64,000 nt of DNA from Setoptus koraiensis. Its lineage: Eukaryota > Animalia > Arthropoda. The notes below the pieces were generated by a model that was given only the letters and a program-made list of their open reading frames with translations, searched no databases and had not been told where the DNA came from. This document shows, piece by piece, positions 1-14,603 of this stretch. The position numbers were made by a program, and so were the translations under genes. The stretch covers positions 20,770,001-20,834,000 of the forward strand of contig CM106585.1 of the NCBI GenBank assembly GCA_048013815.1. Direction: 5' to 3'. Within the stretch, counting starts at the first letter, position 1; each line of letters opens with the position of its first letter.

Positions 1-166
1 AGAAAAGATATTGTCACCAACGATTGTCATTGGACTTTCAAACAGGAAATATAAATCGGCGTTTGAATTGTTTATCAGTTTTTCAGATCCTGCCATCGCT
101 CGCAAACATCATCTAAGTCTATACACATGGGCCTACAGGGCCATAGATGTTTCTTCACTCTTATAG

Positions 167-342
167 GTTGTTATGAACAAATTCAAGATAGCTATCTGGA
201 GAAATATTCTCATGAAAAAAGGTATATTCAACCAAGCATGCAATATTTCTTTTTCTAACATTTAATCAAACCAATAAAAACATTTAGCACCTCTATTGGA
301 ATTACTTTTTTTTTCTCATTCAGACCACATGATTGTAATTGA
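167..342 (+). other. Possible last two exons of a plus-strand gene starting upstream of the window
   Basis: Acceptor TTCTTCACTCTTATAG before 167, donor AG|GTATAT at 221/222, and a strong acceptor TTTTTTTTCTCATTCAG ending at 323. All three frames stop within 20 nt of 324, as expected for a terminal exon. One spliced reading gives GCYEQIQDSYLEKYSHEKRPHDCN*. No recognisable homology. Confidence 0.2.
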
Positions 343-3222
343 ATGATTTCAATCACGATTTGAATCAGATAATTTCGAAATCACCCAACTGTTGGTTCTA
401 GCATGACCCTTTTGACCAATGGATACTTATGAACCGTGAAATGAAATATTTATTCGCCATATACTGATTGAGATGCAAGATTGGCAATCTCACATTACAA
501 TAATAAACAGCATCGTAGTTTGCAAAATAATCTTGGCTCATGGTACCATATTGTGGTCTGACGCTTGGGAGGCGCTGACAAAATCGAAGATCACAGTAAA
601 TTTACAAAATTGTCTCTTGGTTCTTCCTGATTTCAAATATAGTGTTTCACTGTTGTTCCTGAAACTGGAAATACAGATTTCTGATCCTGCTATGGAGCTT
701 GAAAATGAGTTCGATACCAAAAAGTGAGGATGATTGAAGCTCAAGAGACGTTCTCTTTTCGTTTTAGTTTTGCGAATGTTGCGACAGCATGTCTAGTGTG
801 ATAGAAAAAGTTTAGCATGATAGGCGAGGCAAGGAAGGCAGCAACACTGCTTAGTGGTGCTGCTATCATTATATTATTCGGGAGCGATTCATCTCAAGAG
901 AAGTGCATCCGAATGAGAAATTGTGTTTATGCTTTATTCTTTTGCGTCTTAATAAGCCAAACAGGAACTGTATTCATTAGGGTGACAAAGCGGATAAACA
1001 AAGAATATTTATTATTATTGAAAGTTGTTATGTTAATATTGCAAGGACGACGAAAAAAAGGGTAACTTGAGAATGTTGATTGCATATTCATGCAGGCATA
1101 ATCATGAGGCATTCGTTTCGAGTTTTCATTGAAAACTTTAAATGCACGCTGTGCGCGGCTACTGGCCGTTGTTTGCCTCTTGTGCTCAATAATAATAACA
1201 ATAATTATTATTATTATTATGCAAATTATATCAGCTGGCTTGCGAGGGGGCCCCACGAGCAGCCGTGATCACGATAAGCCCGTCAAAGGCTGTGCACCTT
1301 TGAATACTCAATTTCGCAACACGAGTTGTGAGTGAGATTGCGCAACGCGTGTTGGAAAATTGAGAATTTCCGTTTTGAGGCCGGTGGCAAGTCGCACTAG
1401 TAACGCACTTGCTCTTCTGTCTGATGCCTGCGTCTATTGTTTACATGGTCGATGATGATGATGATGATGATTATGATGATGATAAACAATAGAGCGTGGG
1501 GCCTCTATTAAAAAATGCATTATGCCAGCCAACAGCTTACGTGAACAATCATCAATTAGGCAGTCAGCGCCTCCTAGTGATCAGTGTTAGCGACAGTTCA
1601 CAATTTGTGCCTGGATGAACACAACTGTCACGAACACACCGTTGACATATAGAGGCCTGGCGACTTTGCGACATAGCGACACGGGCACCGTTGCCTCATC
1701 AAACAAGGGGACGAGGCAAACGAGGGGATTGGCAACGCGCGGATTGGTGGAATTGGCATACGCGCGCATATTCACGAAGCATTGGCAAGCTAGCTACCAA
1801 GTTTTCAGAGGGGGACTTGCATGAGTGAGCCACTCACAAAGACAACACACACACAAATTATGAATTGAGCTAACCAACCCGGGCTAACCGGCAGCTAGAG
1901 TTAACGGGAGCCGCGCGGGGCCGGTCTAGCGGCCGGGTCGGGTTGTTGGCAAGCTAGTGCGCATGACGGGCGCGCAATAAAATGAACCGCCGGTGGCGGT
2001 TGTGTGGTGGCGCTACCAATTTGACGTTGCGAGTAGCGAGCCATCAGTTGTGTTTGTGTCACGGACCTAGCGACTTCGGCAGCATCAGTCAATTGCAAAT
2101 CGCTTGCAATAGTTTTATGTTTATGTATGTACATATCTATATCTAGATATATCTATATATATATATCCATATATCCATATATCCATATATTTTTGTTTGT
2201 TTGTTTGTTTGTTTGTCTATGTGTTTGCTCGCTATATCATTTAGCTCATTTGTTATTTGTTGTTGTGTGTGTGATGTTGATGTTTTGTTGTTGTTTGTCT
2301 ACGCAACTACTGTCAGTGATGTTGCGGTTGTTGTTGTTAACAGAGTTTGCCACATCATCAATGTATAATTAAGCAGCACAAATATGAGCTAAATACACAG
2401 ATATTCACATATTCACGCATTTCGCAGACGAGAGCGACAAACGGCGAGATATAGATAGACAAATGGATAGTTTGAAGTGCAAGTGCAATTGCATCATATT
2501 CAGCAATTATATTATCAACAGCAAGAGCAAGAGCAAGAAAAGAGAGAGAGAGAAAAAGTTTGTAATTACAGTTACGTTTACAGTTAGCTGTCAGCAGTGA
2601 TGGAGACTCGGCGGGATTAGTTTTTGCATCAGCATTTTTGAGCTGAAAGCTAGCGTCAGTCAGTATGTAACAACCAACAATGTTTGTGCAACAACCTCAC
2701 TGACAGCCACAACAACACACACACACACACACAACAAATGGCGCTATTTTAAAGTGTTGACTCAACAGCACATAGTGACAACTTGATATATAAATTCGCA
2801 CACCTTGTTTCGTTGCCGAGGCGCAGGGTGCAGCGCCAGATAGAGAGATGTGTCACACGGAAGAAGAATATCAAGCCATCATGAGATGATCACACACAGC
2901 AAGCATAAAGAAGCGCAATAGGCGAGCTAAATCTCGGCAAATACATCAAGAAATCAAGAAACATCATCAACTGGCAGCAATGAGCGGCTAGCAGCATCAA
3001 ACTGAAATCAAAATTGAAACAAGTTCAACTGTGTCCACTACTGTTGGCAATTTATCAGCTCGTTTGTGTATATTTGTGAGCCATCATCACTACCGAGCAA
3101 CGCCGAGTGTCGTCGCCAGCAACCCAGTGTGCGTAATCTTTGATCCAGATCTGAAAAATCACGAGCGCGCGCCAACCAAAACCGGCAAGCAACTGGAACA
3201 CCAACAAACTAGCCAATTCAAC

Positions 3223-3231
3223 AAGGTAAGT
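3223..3231 (+). other. Consensus 5' splice donor, candidate end of a distal non-coding first exon (possibly of Shaw)
   Basis: AAG|GTAAGT is a perfect 9-mer donor (exon end 3225). It follows a CAA/ACA-rich UTR-like stretch with TCAGT initiator-like motifs near 2044-2660. The link to Shaw is inference. Confidence 0.35.
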
Positions 3232-6200
3232 AGACGAGCGCGAGAAGATATTTTGACGCCGCGAGCTGGAGATTGAAATGTATAAAATCGGGCGCTATCA
3301 TCACCTGACTATAACTACAACGTATAAATATAATATAAAGAGAACGAGATGCTACAAACAGCGTCAACGGACAAAATGAACAATGCTCGTGCTCATTTAT
3401 CTTTTGTGAGTCGTTTATCCTTTAGCGGTATCACTCTATCTATGCCTATGCTAGCCGCATGATAGATAGATATGACATAACACGCTAGTGAATGGACACA
3501 CACGAATTGATTGAGTAGCTGGCAGGCGGCTACTGGATACGCGCACTGAACAATGGGCCCCCATGTTACGTCATATCGGTGACCATCGCGGGCTTAGTTA
3601 GTGGCCAGACAGCGTCACTTGCAATATATAACTTGATTATTGTGCTCGCTTTACGTGTAGTTGTTGTTGTTGTTGTTGGCGTCGTTGTTGCGCCAGCGAT
3701 ATTTTACACACACACCACAGTCACCTTAGATAGATGAATAGGGCGCAGCAAAGCGGCGGCGACGGCGGGGCCAGAAGCGAAGAGCAGCCATTGTTTGCCT
3801 CTGCTCGCCATTTCAGTTTCGTTTAGTATCAGATTTAATCAGATTACAATCATATGGACGACAACATTATTTTTATTTTCAAAATAATATATATCTTGTC
3901 GTTCATCTCGCAGCGCTTGATAGATCACTTTGGGCGCCTATTGTGTCCAATATCTCACCTGAGTGCTGCTCGTTCGCTCGCGCCAGCAACCAGCTTAGGC
4001 CTGGCATGGTTCGGTACGTTGCATGGCAGCTGTTCCAGCTAGAAATTTCCCCGAACAAATTCCCTGATCTGGATTAGTCGAGCACAGTATAAGTTGGCGA
4101 GGCGAAAACGCGCGACACATTGTCGCAATTGTTGTGCTCTAGTTGTGATAATGATTCCAGATTACTGAGGTCTGTGTGTCGAAAATCAGCCAGGCGATTG
4201 TGGTGAGCATGGAAAAAGGGTTGCTGCCTGTGCTTTCCGCCGAGTGGGTGACGTGGCAGGCACACAAATAATGACAAATCACTCGGGAAAAATCGCTTCG
4301 GAACGATCCCAATTCGGCTAAGTGCTGCTGGCATAAAACCCATCCGGATCGGGTCTGATTTTTTCTACTCGAACTACTATACCGCTGAGTAGCGATCATT
4401 GTTTTGAGATTTTGATTTGTCTAGGGAAAAAACACAGCCGTCAACGATGCTTGTGATTTGTCACTGAGCGGAGAAAAAATCTCGATCGTGACAGGCACTT
4501 GCACAGGTTTTCATATGTGGCGTCCACATAATTGGCTCAAATGGCTGACCGGAAAGCAGTTAGTTTAATCGAGTTATGACCAGCTCACCAGGCAACTTTT
4601 ATGATTAGATCTGACAACAATAACAGCTAGCGTTAGTTAATCACGGTCCTATTTGTTGGTGAGGCGCCGCCAATCGAGATAGATCGATCGTTTGAATGGG
4701 CCCAATTGATAGTTCATTTGGTGGTTCGCTGGCGCTGCAGCAGACAAACAAAGTTGCTAAAATAAAGGCATTTACTAAATCTTAATCTTACTTCAATCCC
4801 CTTCACCTGTGCTGTCCGACTGCCCACTGTTTTTGTAGCACCTCTATATTTATCTGGCATAGCTGTAAAAGCGTTACCGGCGCTATTAAGAGAAAAGCCT
4901 CAGCCCATTTGCACTGGGGCCAATCAGTTGACCGTCAGGAGCAGACAATTTTGGTCGATTCTTTGCTGGCCAGCTCGTCATGGTTGAGGTCTTTCTCTTT
5001 GTATTAACACACACACACACACACAACAGGACAGAACAGAATAGGTAACATAACACAAACGCTGGCCTGGTCAGCTGTCTAGACGAATGCAGACGATAAT
5101 AAACGCTGGCTTGAAAATAAGTTGCAACTTCGATTCTCGGGTGCGATAGGCTCATTCACTTGGTCGTCTTGATTAGTTTGGGCGCCACCTAGAGAGTGGG
5201 TAATTGGCGCGAAATTTCGATCCTTTCATTACCACCCTACGCTTATCTCTCTATAAGATGTGATAATATCAAAGGTGTGCTGCCCATTGCCACTATCTCG
5301 CTGTTGCTGGCGCATAAAGATACAAAAGTCGAATTAGCAAGATTATTGTTATCATGGCAAGCTCAAGAGTCTCTCACTTCGGGGTCAGATGGCCGCTGAA
5401 TGGGTGGCAGAGGTAAAGGGGGCGCGGGGTGCTCGGCCATAAACGAATTATAGACAGATAAGTTTTCTGTGTGCTGTACATGTGTGTCGTAAATGGATAA
5501 AACTCTCTGGGTCTGGCAATCCGTGTGTGCAACCGGTCAATCGGTTTGATTAGCCAACTAGAGCGACAAGTGCCACCAGAGAAAACGGGGGCAAGAACGA
5601 AAAGAATTCATTATTCGCGTTTTATTTCTAGTCTGAAGGTTCACGTTTTCGGACAGGATCGATAAAAAACAGAGAAACAAATGCCCAATGTTGCTTCAAT
5701 CGAATTTCTATGCACTCAGACAATTAGATTAGCGTTCATTATTGATTCTAGCAAACATTGTGCGCCATCAGCTACAAATTCTGCAATTCAAGCAATAGAC
5801 ACGAGAGTCCAATTTGACTGAATTCGCAATTATTCCAGTGACCGTTGGGATCTAACGGTCACTCTCGAATTATATTGATTTTCGAGCAACTTTGCCAGAG
5901 CCACAGTTGTTTTGTGCAATTGTGCATTGAATCAGGGCCCCTGACATCGGCATTTGCTAAGCCGATGTCAGATTACAAAGCCGCACTAACCAAAACGAGC
6001 CGTCGTTATCTCATTGCAATTTTCGCTGCTGTCGACCAGATTCATTTGGACAGATGGCGAGCTTGTTATCTGGAAACATTATTGATATTTGCCGGGACAC
6101 ACAAATCTCCTATGTGTGTGTGCGCTTGTGTCCCCAATGGGCCCAGTTTGGTCTGATTGGTTCGCTTGAGTGGTTTTGTGGCGCACAAATCAACAAATCA

Positions 6201-9200
6201 CTGATAAATATCATCATAAATCATCATAAACATATTTGTTTATTTATGTATAGTTATGTTGGAAAAATGTCAACTATTGGCGGGCTTGCATCTTATGGGA
6301 TCTGTCAATTTGGGCGCCAATATTTATGGCGGAACCGCCGTCTGTTCGGGTAATTCTATGCGAAATATTCAGAGTTTTAGATGGTTTGAATGACATTGTC
6401 GGTGGTGCCGTCTAAAGTCATTCTTGCCAATGCGAACAATTGCTGCCGAATGGATTCGGGGCCGCAGACATCAACAGTCGCCCCAGACACGAACTTGATT
6501 GTTTTCGATCTCTCATGTCGTTGTGGCTATCGAGTTTGTTGGCTCATATCGGCCGTTTCGTATATTGTGTTCGAATGGAATACTAAAAATCTCGTATTTG
6601 TTTCGTTGTTTCAAGTGTCACTTTGCAACTTTTGCGCCATTCGAAACGATTTCCGCTCAGACATCGTCTCGTTTACATTGGCGATGCCGATAGTACAACG
6701 GAAACATTAAATGTTAAATCAGTTAATGCCATTGGTATTGCGATGCCGAATATTATGTCTATCCGTCGCCCGGTGGCTGTTCGGCCGACCGGTGGCGCCG
6801 TTACGTGGTATTGCTAGTGGCGCCGGCGCCATAAATATATATAGTGGTGGTGTTTATACAACAAGAAAAACATTTTCTTGCTGCTGCTGCTCTATGTTTA
6901 ATATGTATGAATGGAGCGTAAAGCGCAAGTTCGCTTGAGTAAGTGAGATCGCCAGCAGCGTTCCGTTTGCAGCTCGGCGAGAGCGCGGCTGTGAGTGGCG
7001 AGTCGCGAACGGCCCTAGGTGACGGTTGGGCAACTGTAGCGCGAACAACAATTGCTGCGAATTGCCGCGCAACGACTGGCAGCACAATAATTATGTGGCT
7101 CATGTAAGAGTATTCTAGACGGCATAATTGATTTGAAAAATGATGATAATGTTTCTTTGTTCAGTGCGCAAAGTATATAAACTATAAAATGTAAAGAGTG
7201 TGCTAGTCGGGCAAAAATTTCTGTCTAGGTTTTTAGGTTACGGCTGTCGACTGGCTTGAGCGCACAGAGACAGGCAGAGCGCTGCTTGAAAAATGTCCAT
7301 GGACAATCTAGGCGACACGACGACGACGACGACGACGATGATCCAATTCTAATTGTCCGACAAGAAGAATAATTTGGTGGCGCAAAAACAATGTCGAAAC
7401 AACAGCAGCTACAACAACAGCTACAACAACAGCGGCAACAACAACGATTACGATAACAACGACAGCAACGACTAAGCCGAAATGGAAATGGCAGCCATTT
7501 GTTGTCGTAATTCAAAGGCGATAATTCAGGCTTCTACGTCTAGTTGTTGTTTCATTCATTTCGGTTGGATGTTACTCATTCAGTTGGGCTGCCGGGTGAC
7601 ATTCATTGAGAAAGTACAAACAATGTCTGGCGTGTTCGTTGTTGTTGTGGTTGTTGTTTTGGTGGTTGTGTTCTCTGTTGTTATCCCAGTGCTATTATCC
7701 ACTGCATTTGTGTCTGTCCCCATTCGTCTTGGGTCCCGGCGCGGCCTCTACCGCAACAGTAACAACACACATACACCCACAAACAACAATCGATCATCAT
7801 TGGGCGCCGCTGGTCGTTCCGGTTACAATGCCCAGCGAACAAGCGACCTATTCCAATTCCAATTGCGATTTCCATTCCTATTCCCATTGCAATTTCAAAC
7901 TCACACAAATACACACCACACATATATCCTTCGCAGCTCCTGTCCTATTTATATTCCTATAAACCCAAACCAGCCAATAGTATCACTATTAACAACTACC
8001 AATATATTTACTACTGTCGGAATTGTGTTGTTCTTATTGTTGGTGGTGCTGTTTTTGTTGTGCGACCACCATCACTTTGCACCAAAGTCAATGCGGTCTC
8101 TCCACCGTTCCTTACAAAAACTGTGCTAGCTGTCCTTTCGGAAACAACACACCGCAACCACACAATCGATTGCCGTGTTTTGCCCGCAAACAATCGCACA
8201 TTTATCGGGCAAAGGGGACATTATAGAGACAGTGACGACGACGCTCCGTTACGGGCATCGGATTTCCAAGTCAATGTTTCATAATGTCCATTAATTAAAT
8301 CCGTGCGTCCCCGTTTACGTGTGCGCTAACTAACGGTTGCAAAGCGCATAAAAATCGTCTCTCAGTTCGTGTATTTTTTCTCAAAAATCTATTTTTGACA
8401 ACGAAATTTCTGGCCGAAAAATGAAGGTCGGCGCGTCCGAACCGAGCCGCGCCGTTAGCCATCAGGTCGATACATTAGCCGGCCAGTGCACAGATTCGTT
8501 GTCCGTGGACGCTTGACCGATTAGGTTAACCGATGGACCGAATGTGCGTCACGCGTCAAATTTTTGCCGAAACTGGACACCCCCTGAGCCGAACAATCAC
8601 CCGTTATTAGCCGGGATTTTTCCGGTTCCCTTTAGGCTTGAAACAAGTGCCTCGAACGCTGAATTGAATACGGGAATGTGCTCGCCACTCGCCACTAATG
8701 GCTGTACTTGCACACCTTTCCGACCTGATATGAACAGATGCGACTAATGCTCATGCATTCGCCGCTCTCTCAGATTTGGCCGCAGATTCGCGCCTCTACG
8801 AGGACGAATTAGAAATTCTGATCAGATAAAAACCGCCAATATCCCCCGTTGGCCCTAGCTAAGCCACTAACGCAATTGCTATTGACAACGATCGATTCGG
8901 CGACGCTTCTCTAATACTGTTTCGCATGACGGATATCGCATAGCCGAGCGGACTTAGCATGCTGACGGGGGCCCCCCTCGATAGCGCGCTCACTCGAGGG
9001 GCTCCCTTATCAATCAAAAGGGAAAGCCTGGTGTCTGTGTGTACTTTTCCCTTTATGTCGCTTGTTTGTGGGTGTCGCCAACGAAGGTGAGAGTAGCTTG
9101 CGGCCAATTCCGCCGCAAATATTCAATACACTGTGAGAGATTGTGATGCGCAAAGTTGTCTCTCTATCTAAAGTGGGTTGTTCACAGTTTGGGAAATTTC

Positions 9201-12200
9201 GCAGAAAAAAAGGCGAGTTATCCATGAATTTCCGGTTCACTCGAAAACGGGTTCGAGTGTCGAATGATGATCCGCCCAAGCGATTTCTTTTTTCTAAGCT
9301 GTACAGTAGAAATATGAACTGCACGCGCTACTGCGCATTGTTACGAATGTACATATTGTTCCGAAACGGTCCCACGATGTTTTATCCAAGTTTTCCGCTC
9401 GCGGCTTCGGGCCGGCTCGCTTCTCACTACGATTTCTCAAACGAGCGCTGTTGCCCGTGCACGGACGCCCCCTTTTCTGCCCGCTAAATCGACATATTGG
9501 ATTCCCTGGAATCGCTATTTTTTTCTCGTACAAAGCAAATACGATTTCGATTAATCACCGTGCTTTCACTTTTTCGCACTGTATGCACGAGCGCTTGTAT
9601 GCACCCAAAATATTAATATTATTGTCATGTGTAATACGCGCCCCACTCGGTATGCTGATTGTGACAGGTTTCTCCGGAACTGCTCACTGTCTGTGCCCGC
9701 CGTTTAGCCCGCACACCTAACGGATCTCAATAACCAATAATCGCAGCCTCGAACGACATCGTAATCGAATCGAGAATTGATGGAATCTTGCAACTGGCGC
9801 TGATGCCAGCAACTGCAATCAGCCAAACAAGCGTCGCGCCCCCTACGTTCCTTTGATGGGGGCCCCACCGAAGAAAAGAATATCGCTGTTTCCGCCGTTG
9901 GAGCGGCCCCCTTGCACAGTTTGTGCCAGCGATGCCAAAACGTGTATTTGTGTAGTTGCTCTAGATGTTTTTTGAGGAGAAATTGTGTGCATGATTGATC
10001 GCACGGGGGCAGGCTATTCAGCGAGCTCGTCATAGATCTGACTGGGGCAACACGTACACATGACGACTATAGATGAGAGTGACTTACGTCAGACAGTTTT
10101 ATCCATGACAGAGAGACCTTTTGTCATGGTTACAACTGTCTGAATGAGACAGTTGGTTTGCCGATTGGTTGCCTTGCCGATCGGCCGGCCGATCGGTCGG
10201 TCGGTGGGCCGGTTGGAGTGGACGAAAATGGCAAGTCGTCAACTTATGCGTGCCCATCATCTACAGACGCCTGATTGTGACACCCGAATGACAGTTACGA
10301 TATGATGCATAATAAAATAAAATACATACATTCATGAAATATATTGCCAATGTTCATCATGAGGACAGCAGCATGACAGGTGTATAATGTTTGTGTTTTT
10401 GTTGCGATAAAATAGAGCACAAAGTTGAGCTGACAAGACAACAGTGTCTGTCGCTCATTTGTCAGTGTCAAAATCTTGGCCAAGTTGGCAGCCCTGCATT
10501 GTTGCCGTTATGCATGCGCCAATGGGATGCAAAATGAGTATTTAGCATTTACAAATGACGCAAGCTCCTGATTCCTTCGAGCTGGGGCCCATCGATAGAG
10601 CCCCTTTTTGCCAATGATGATGGCGGAAATGGGTTGCAGTTTCGCAGTTTGCGCCAACTTCCGCCGGCCGACGATCGAAAGGGTGGACAATGATAACAAT
10701 ACAGACATCTTACAGCGTGTCATTTTATTTGTGAGCTGCTCCGTTGGCGAGTGTCGCCATAATCGTCGTAATCATTTTGCGTTTTTGCGCTTGTTTTTTG
10801 CGCAGTTTATCAACTATTCTATCAACTATTCTAATCCGGTGCTGTTGACTTGATATTTTTTTTTCGCTATACGCAGAATGAAGATTTGATTTCGGTCTCA
10901 TTCGCCCTGTCGCGCGGTCCCCATGCGAATGGCAATGCCAGCAACAGGGACAGTCGACAGTCGCTTGAATTATCCGAATGGCGTCGTCGGTGTAAGCCCG
11001 AAAATCGTTGCGTTCTGCTTTACGCTTTATTTCGGTTGTGTGCCGTGCCCGCCTATTAACTTGTTATTCGCCACACAATTCGCCGCAATTGTTATGCCAC
11101 ACCGATGGGCCCCCAAAAACCGATGAGTATGTATGACAACTAAACAGCTAGCAGCCAGCAATATGCAACGATATTGCATAATGTTGGCTTTATTATAATA
11201 TTTATGCAATCCATACACTGGCAAAATGGAAGACGCAGTGAAAATCAATATCGATGGCTGGTGTCGTGGTGACAACAAAACGACAAATGTATTAAAATTG
11301 ACAAAACTGGCGCTGCAACTTGACCCGAACAGGCGCTTGCCGAAGTGCATTTCAAGCAATTTACACATGGTCGTGGCTGCATAAATAATGGCCATGCCGG
11401 CGAGCCGCCAGAGCAAATATTTGCTGTCGGCTCGCTTGCAGTTGACACAGCTCGTTATTTGATGCAACGCACCTTGTCCGCAGTCGGCCATGTTTGGCAA
11501 CATGGGGCGAAAAAAAAAATAGCAACTTTGATGCGCTATATCCGTTTTATCCAAAAATGGCAGTATCTCGATGGGCCCCCGTCTCGACAATGACTGATTT
11601 CGGGGCGACACAAACGGGGCTCGTGTCAGTTGTTGTTGGCGAGTGATTAAATGACAATGCTAGACACGCTCGTTTGTGTTTTTGCAGCAGCGCCCGAGCG
11701 GCCATTCGATCATTATTGGCCGCTAGTAGCCAGAGAGCCGGCGACTAGCGCAAAGCGGCGACCGGCGACCGGCGGAAAGACTGCAGCGCCAGATAGCGAT
11801 TGAAGACAAATGGCTTGATTTGGAAATAAGTTATAGTTCACGGAGACGTTTGTGTGTGTCTAGACTGCACGCTGTAGAGTAGACAGTGTAGAGAAAGGAA
11901 AAAATCATGTTATCGTGCTCGGCCGGCAACAATTTGTTATGGGCCGACAACAATGAGATATCTTGGCGCGCCAGCCAGTGCTCAACGGCTCGACGGAGGC
12001 GCCCAGTAATTATATAATAAATAATAATATCACTGAGCGACTGTGTCCCATTGGCAAGCTTGTAATACAACGACGGGCCGTGTGTATTGGTATGTGTGTC
12101 AGGAGAGAGTGGCAGCCAGCTAAAAAGTTGTATTAGCGCCGGCGTGTGTGTGTGTGTTCAATTGATGGCCGATTAATTTTATACTATTTCGCTGGCGGCC

Positions 12201-13132
12201 CCAATGGCTCGACTACTATGGCACTACTACTAGGCGGCGGCGGCGGCTAGACGACGCTCATTGCGATGCGGTGAACCTAGCTCTAATCGCGCACACTTAC
12301 AGTTTGTGTCGGCGCGCGCGCGCGCCCCAATCGGCAGCTCATATAACAATGATAATAGATGATAATAGTAATAGTAATAAGCGAAGCCAAACAATAAATC
12401 TTGGTCCTTTTTCTTATGCGCGCTTTTTCTCGAGGGCCGGCCGGCCGGCCTATCTGACGGTGATCTCGCTAACCTCTGTTTATTTATCTATCCAAATTAT
12501 ATTCTCTCTCGATAAATAAATAGATGAAAGAGCCAGCCTGAGAGGGCGAGACAACGAGTGGCTCAGACACGAGACAGCGTGATGATAATGATGATAATTG
12601 ATGGTTTATTGTTTGGCAACGTTTCCACTGGAGAGTGTCCGCGCTATACGCGTTATACATGCATTGCTTTGCAGCGGTCGTCGCTTGTTGGTTTTTGTCG
12701 TAGTTATTGTTCAAGTCTTGAACTCTTCGAGAGAACCCCCTCAGCACAACATGCCAGCCAGCCAGCCAGTTGTGCGCGAACGCAGCTATGTGCCTGTTCG
12801 CAACTTGTTCACGTTTCCACACTATGGCAAATGTGTAATTATCGTCGACGAAAGATCATCATTGGTGCCGCTGCCGCTAGTACAACGGCTAAAACACCGT
12901 CACGTGTACCACTATACAAATAGCATCGGTTGTCGGTGGCTGGTTTATCCGCCGCCACCGGTGCTGGCACGATACGAGTGCGCGTTTCTCTGATTGCGCC
13001 CCCCTGCTTCTTTTCTGGCGAGCTCGTGCTCGCGGTCGGCCAGCTGCCAGCAACAATATTGCTGGCTGTTCTTTTAAATGGCACTGTTAGCTGGCGCGCC
13101 AATCAAGTGTGCTCAATAACCCGGCTCTGGCT

Positions 13133-13207
13133 GCACTCCGGGCCGCACTTCGGGCCGCACTCCGGGCCGCACTCCGGGCCGCACTTCGGGCCGCACTCCG
13201 GGCCGCA
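13133..13207. repeat. 12-bp GC-rich tandem repeat (GCACTYCGGGCC) x6
   Basis: Six units read directly, differing only by C/T at one position. Confidence 0.95.
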
Positions 13208-14560
13208 GTTGGCTAGCTCAGCGGCGGGGCCCCCTATTTATTCAAGCATTATGAAGCGAAGCAAGGTGGCGGTTAACTATTTTCACCGCCATTCTGTGGC
13301 CGTGTGCCATTTTGTTGTACTTTTCCGGTGATTTCGGCTGGTTGGCGCGCCGACTAGACGCTGGCGGTCGCAAACTTGCCAGCTTTTTGTTCGCCCTTCA
13401 CATAGATGAAGACATAGATATGGATATTTGAGTCATGCCGAAATGAGCTTCGAAAAGGGGCCATCCCTCTCTGTGTATTAGCCTCCATATTGTGTGTATT
13501 CTCTGCCATAATGTGCGCGTGTATTCTCCCCCATATTGTGTATTTCCTCTCATAGTGTGATGAAGATTTTTGTGTCAGAGAAACACAATCGAGCATAGTG
13601 CAAGCTGACAACGGCTGCCCCAGACAAAAGTTTGTTTGCCAACGAAATGCGAGATGAAAATAGAAAGAGAAAAAAGGGGGAATTAGGTAGTTAGCGGGGC
13701 TACTATTTCCACCAAGATGCTGGCGCGTTGGCAATTAGATACTCACGTCTGCCACCAGGGATCAGGGCAACTTGTCACGTTCTTCTGTTCGAAACATGTT
13801 ACTCTGGCTCGCTCGTGGCTGCTTGTCGCCTGGCCACTTGGCCGCTGACCTGTTCTCTTACTGGCTCACTAAACATCGGGCAACCTGCCAGACTGAGAGT
13901 GGCACGAAACGGGCCCCTATCCAATTTATCCAGTTAGCTGGTGCGCACAATGGCAATAATGTTCTTGGTATGTGTAATGTGTTGCCTTGTGTGCCAGCAT
14001 GATGTGCTGGCGATTGCCATGGCCAGCTATCGTCACAAAACCAAACTGAAAATTGATTTTCTGGTAGCCAATTGTTTGGCTTGTGCACAATATAGCTCAG
14101 TGGCCTCTGGCCCCAATTGAACGTGCTTGACGTTGACGGCATCTAGACAGCAACGGTCAGTAAAAACGAACGAAAACGTCCTTTGGGCCTGGCCAAAAGT
14201 AAGCCGATGATTAGATCTTGCTGCAGCGCTTAGGGACAAAGACAGTCCCGGCAACCAAGATGAGGCTTAGGCGCACGACAAGCCAGCAACTTATAGCAAC
14301 TGGCCAGAATTCAATAATTTCTCGTGTTCCCGCTTAGCATTGCGGGCAATAAAACTGGTGGTTGAAATTGCCCACAGTCGTGGCAATGGCCAGATTTTTG
14401 GGTTTGCAAGGTGCTGCCCATTGCGAATCGTTATTCACACAATATTTTAGATCATTTCTCGCTTCTTTCAAAATACGAAATTCAAAAATTTATGAATTGA
14501 TAATCTTCGTCGGCATCTAAATACACACGCGATACGGGAGAATTCATGAAAACACACACA

Positions 14561-14603
14561 ATTTTTCGGTCACTTTCGCTCATTTTTCGGTCATTTTTCG
14601 GTT
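14561..14603. repeat. 10-11-bp tandem repeat (ATTTTTCGGTC-like) x4
   Basis: atttttcggtc / actttcgctc / atttttcggtc / atttttcggtt. Confidence 0.7.

Noticed and set aside
473-744. Overlapping 84-aa (+) and 68-aa (-) ORFs
   Set aside because: No recognisable domain and no supporting splice structure. The position fits 3' UTR or intergenic sequence.
7482-8129. 215-aa ORF with hydrophobic runs
   Set aside because: The hydrophobic stretches come from GTT/TTG microsatellites, overlapping frames are also open, and there is no family signal.
8974-9001. 8-bp GC hairpin CCCCTCGA/TCGAGGGG
   Set aside because: Short stem in a locally G/C-run-rich patch; plausible by chance.
11027-11611. 194-aa minus-strand ORF
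   Set aside because: Cys/Leu-rich random-looking composition, non-ATG start and no motif.
12930-13331. ORF containing HSGPHFGPHSGP repeats, reminiscent of an SGPHSGP stretch I recall in the Drosophila Shaw tail
   Set aside because: It is just the translation of the 12-bp DNA repeat, 35 kb upstream of the channel, with no exon support.
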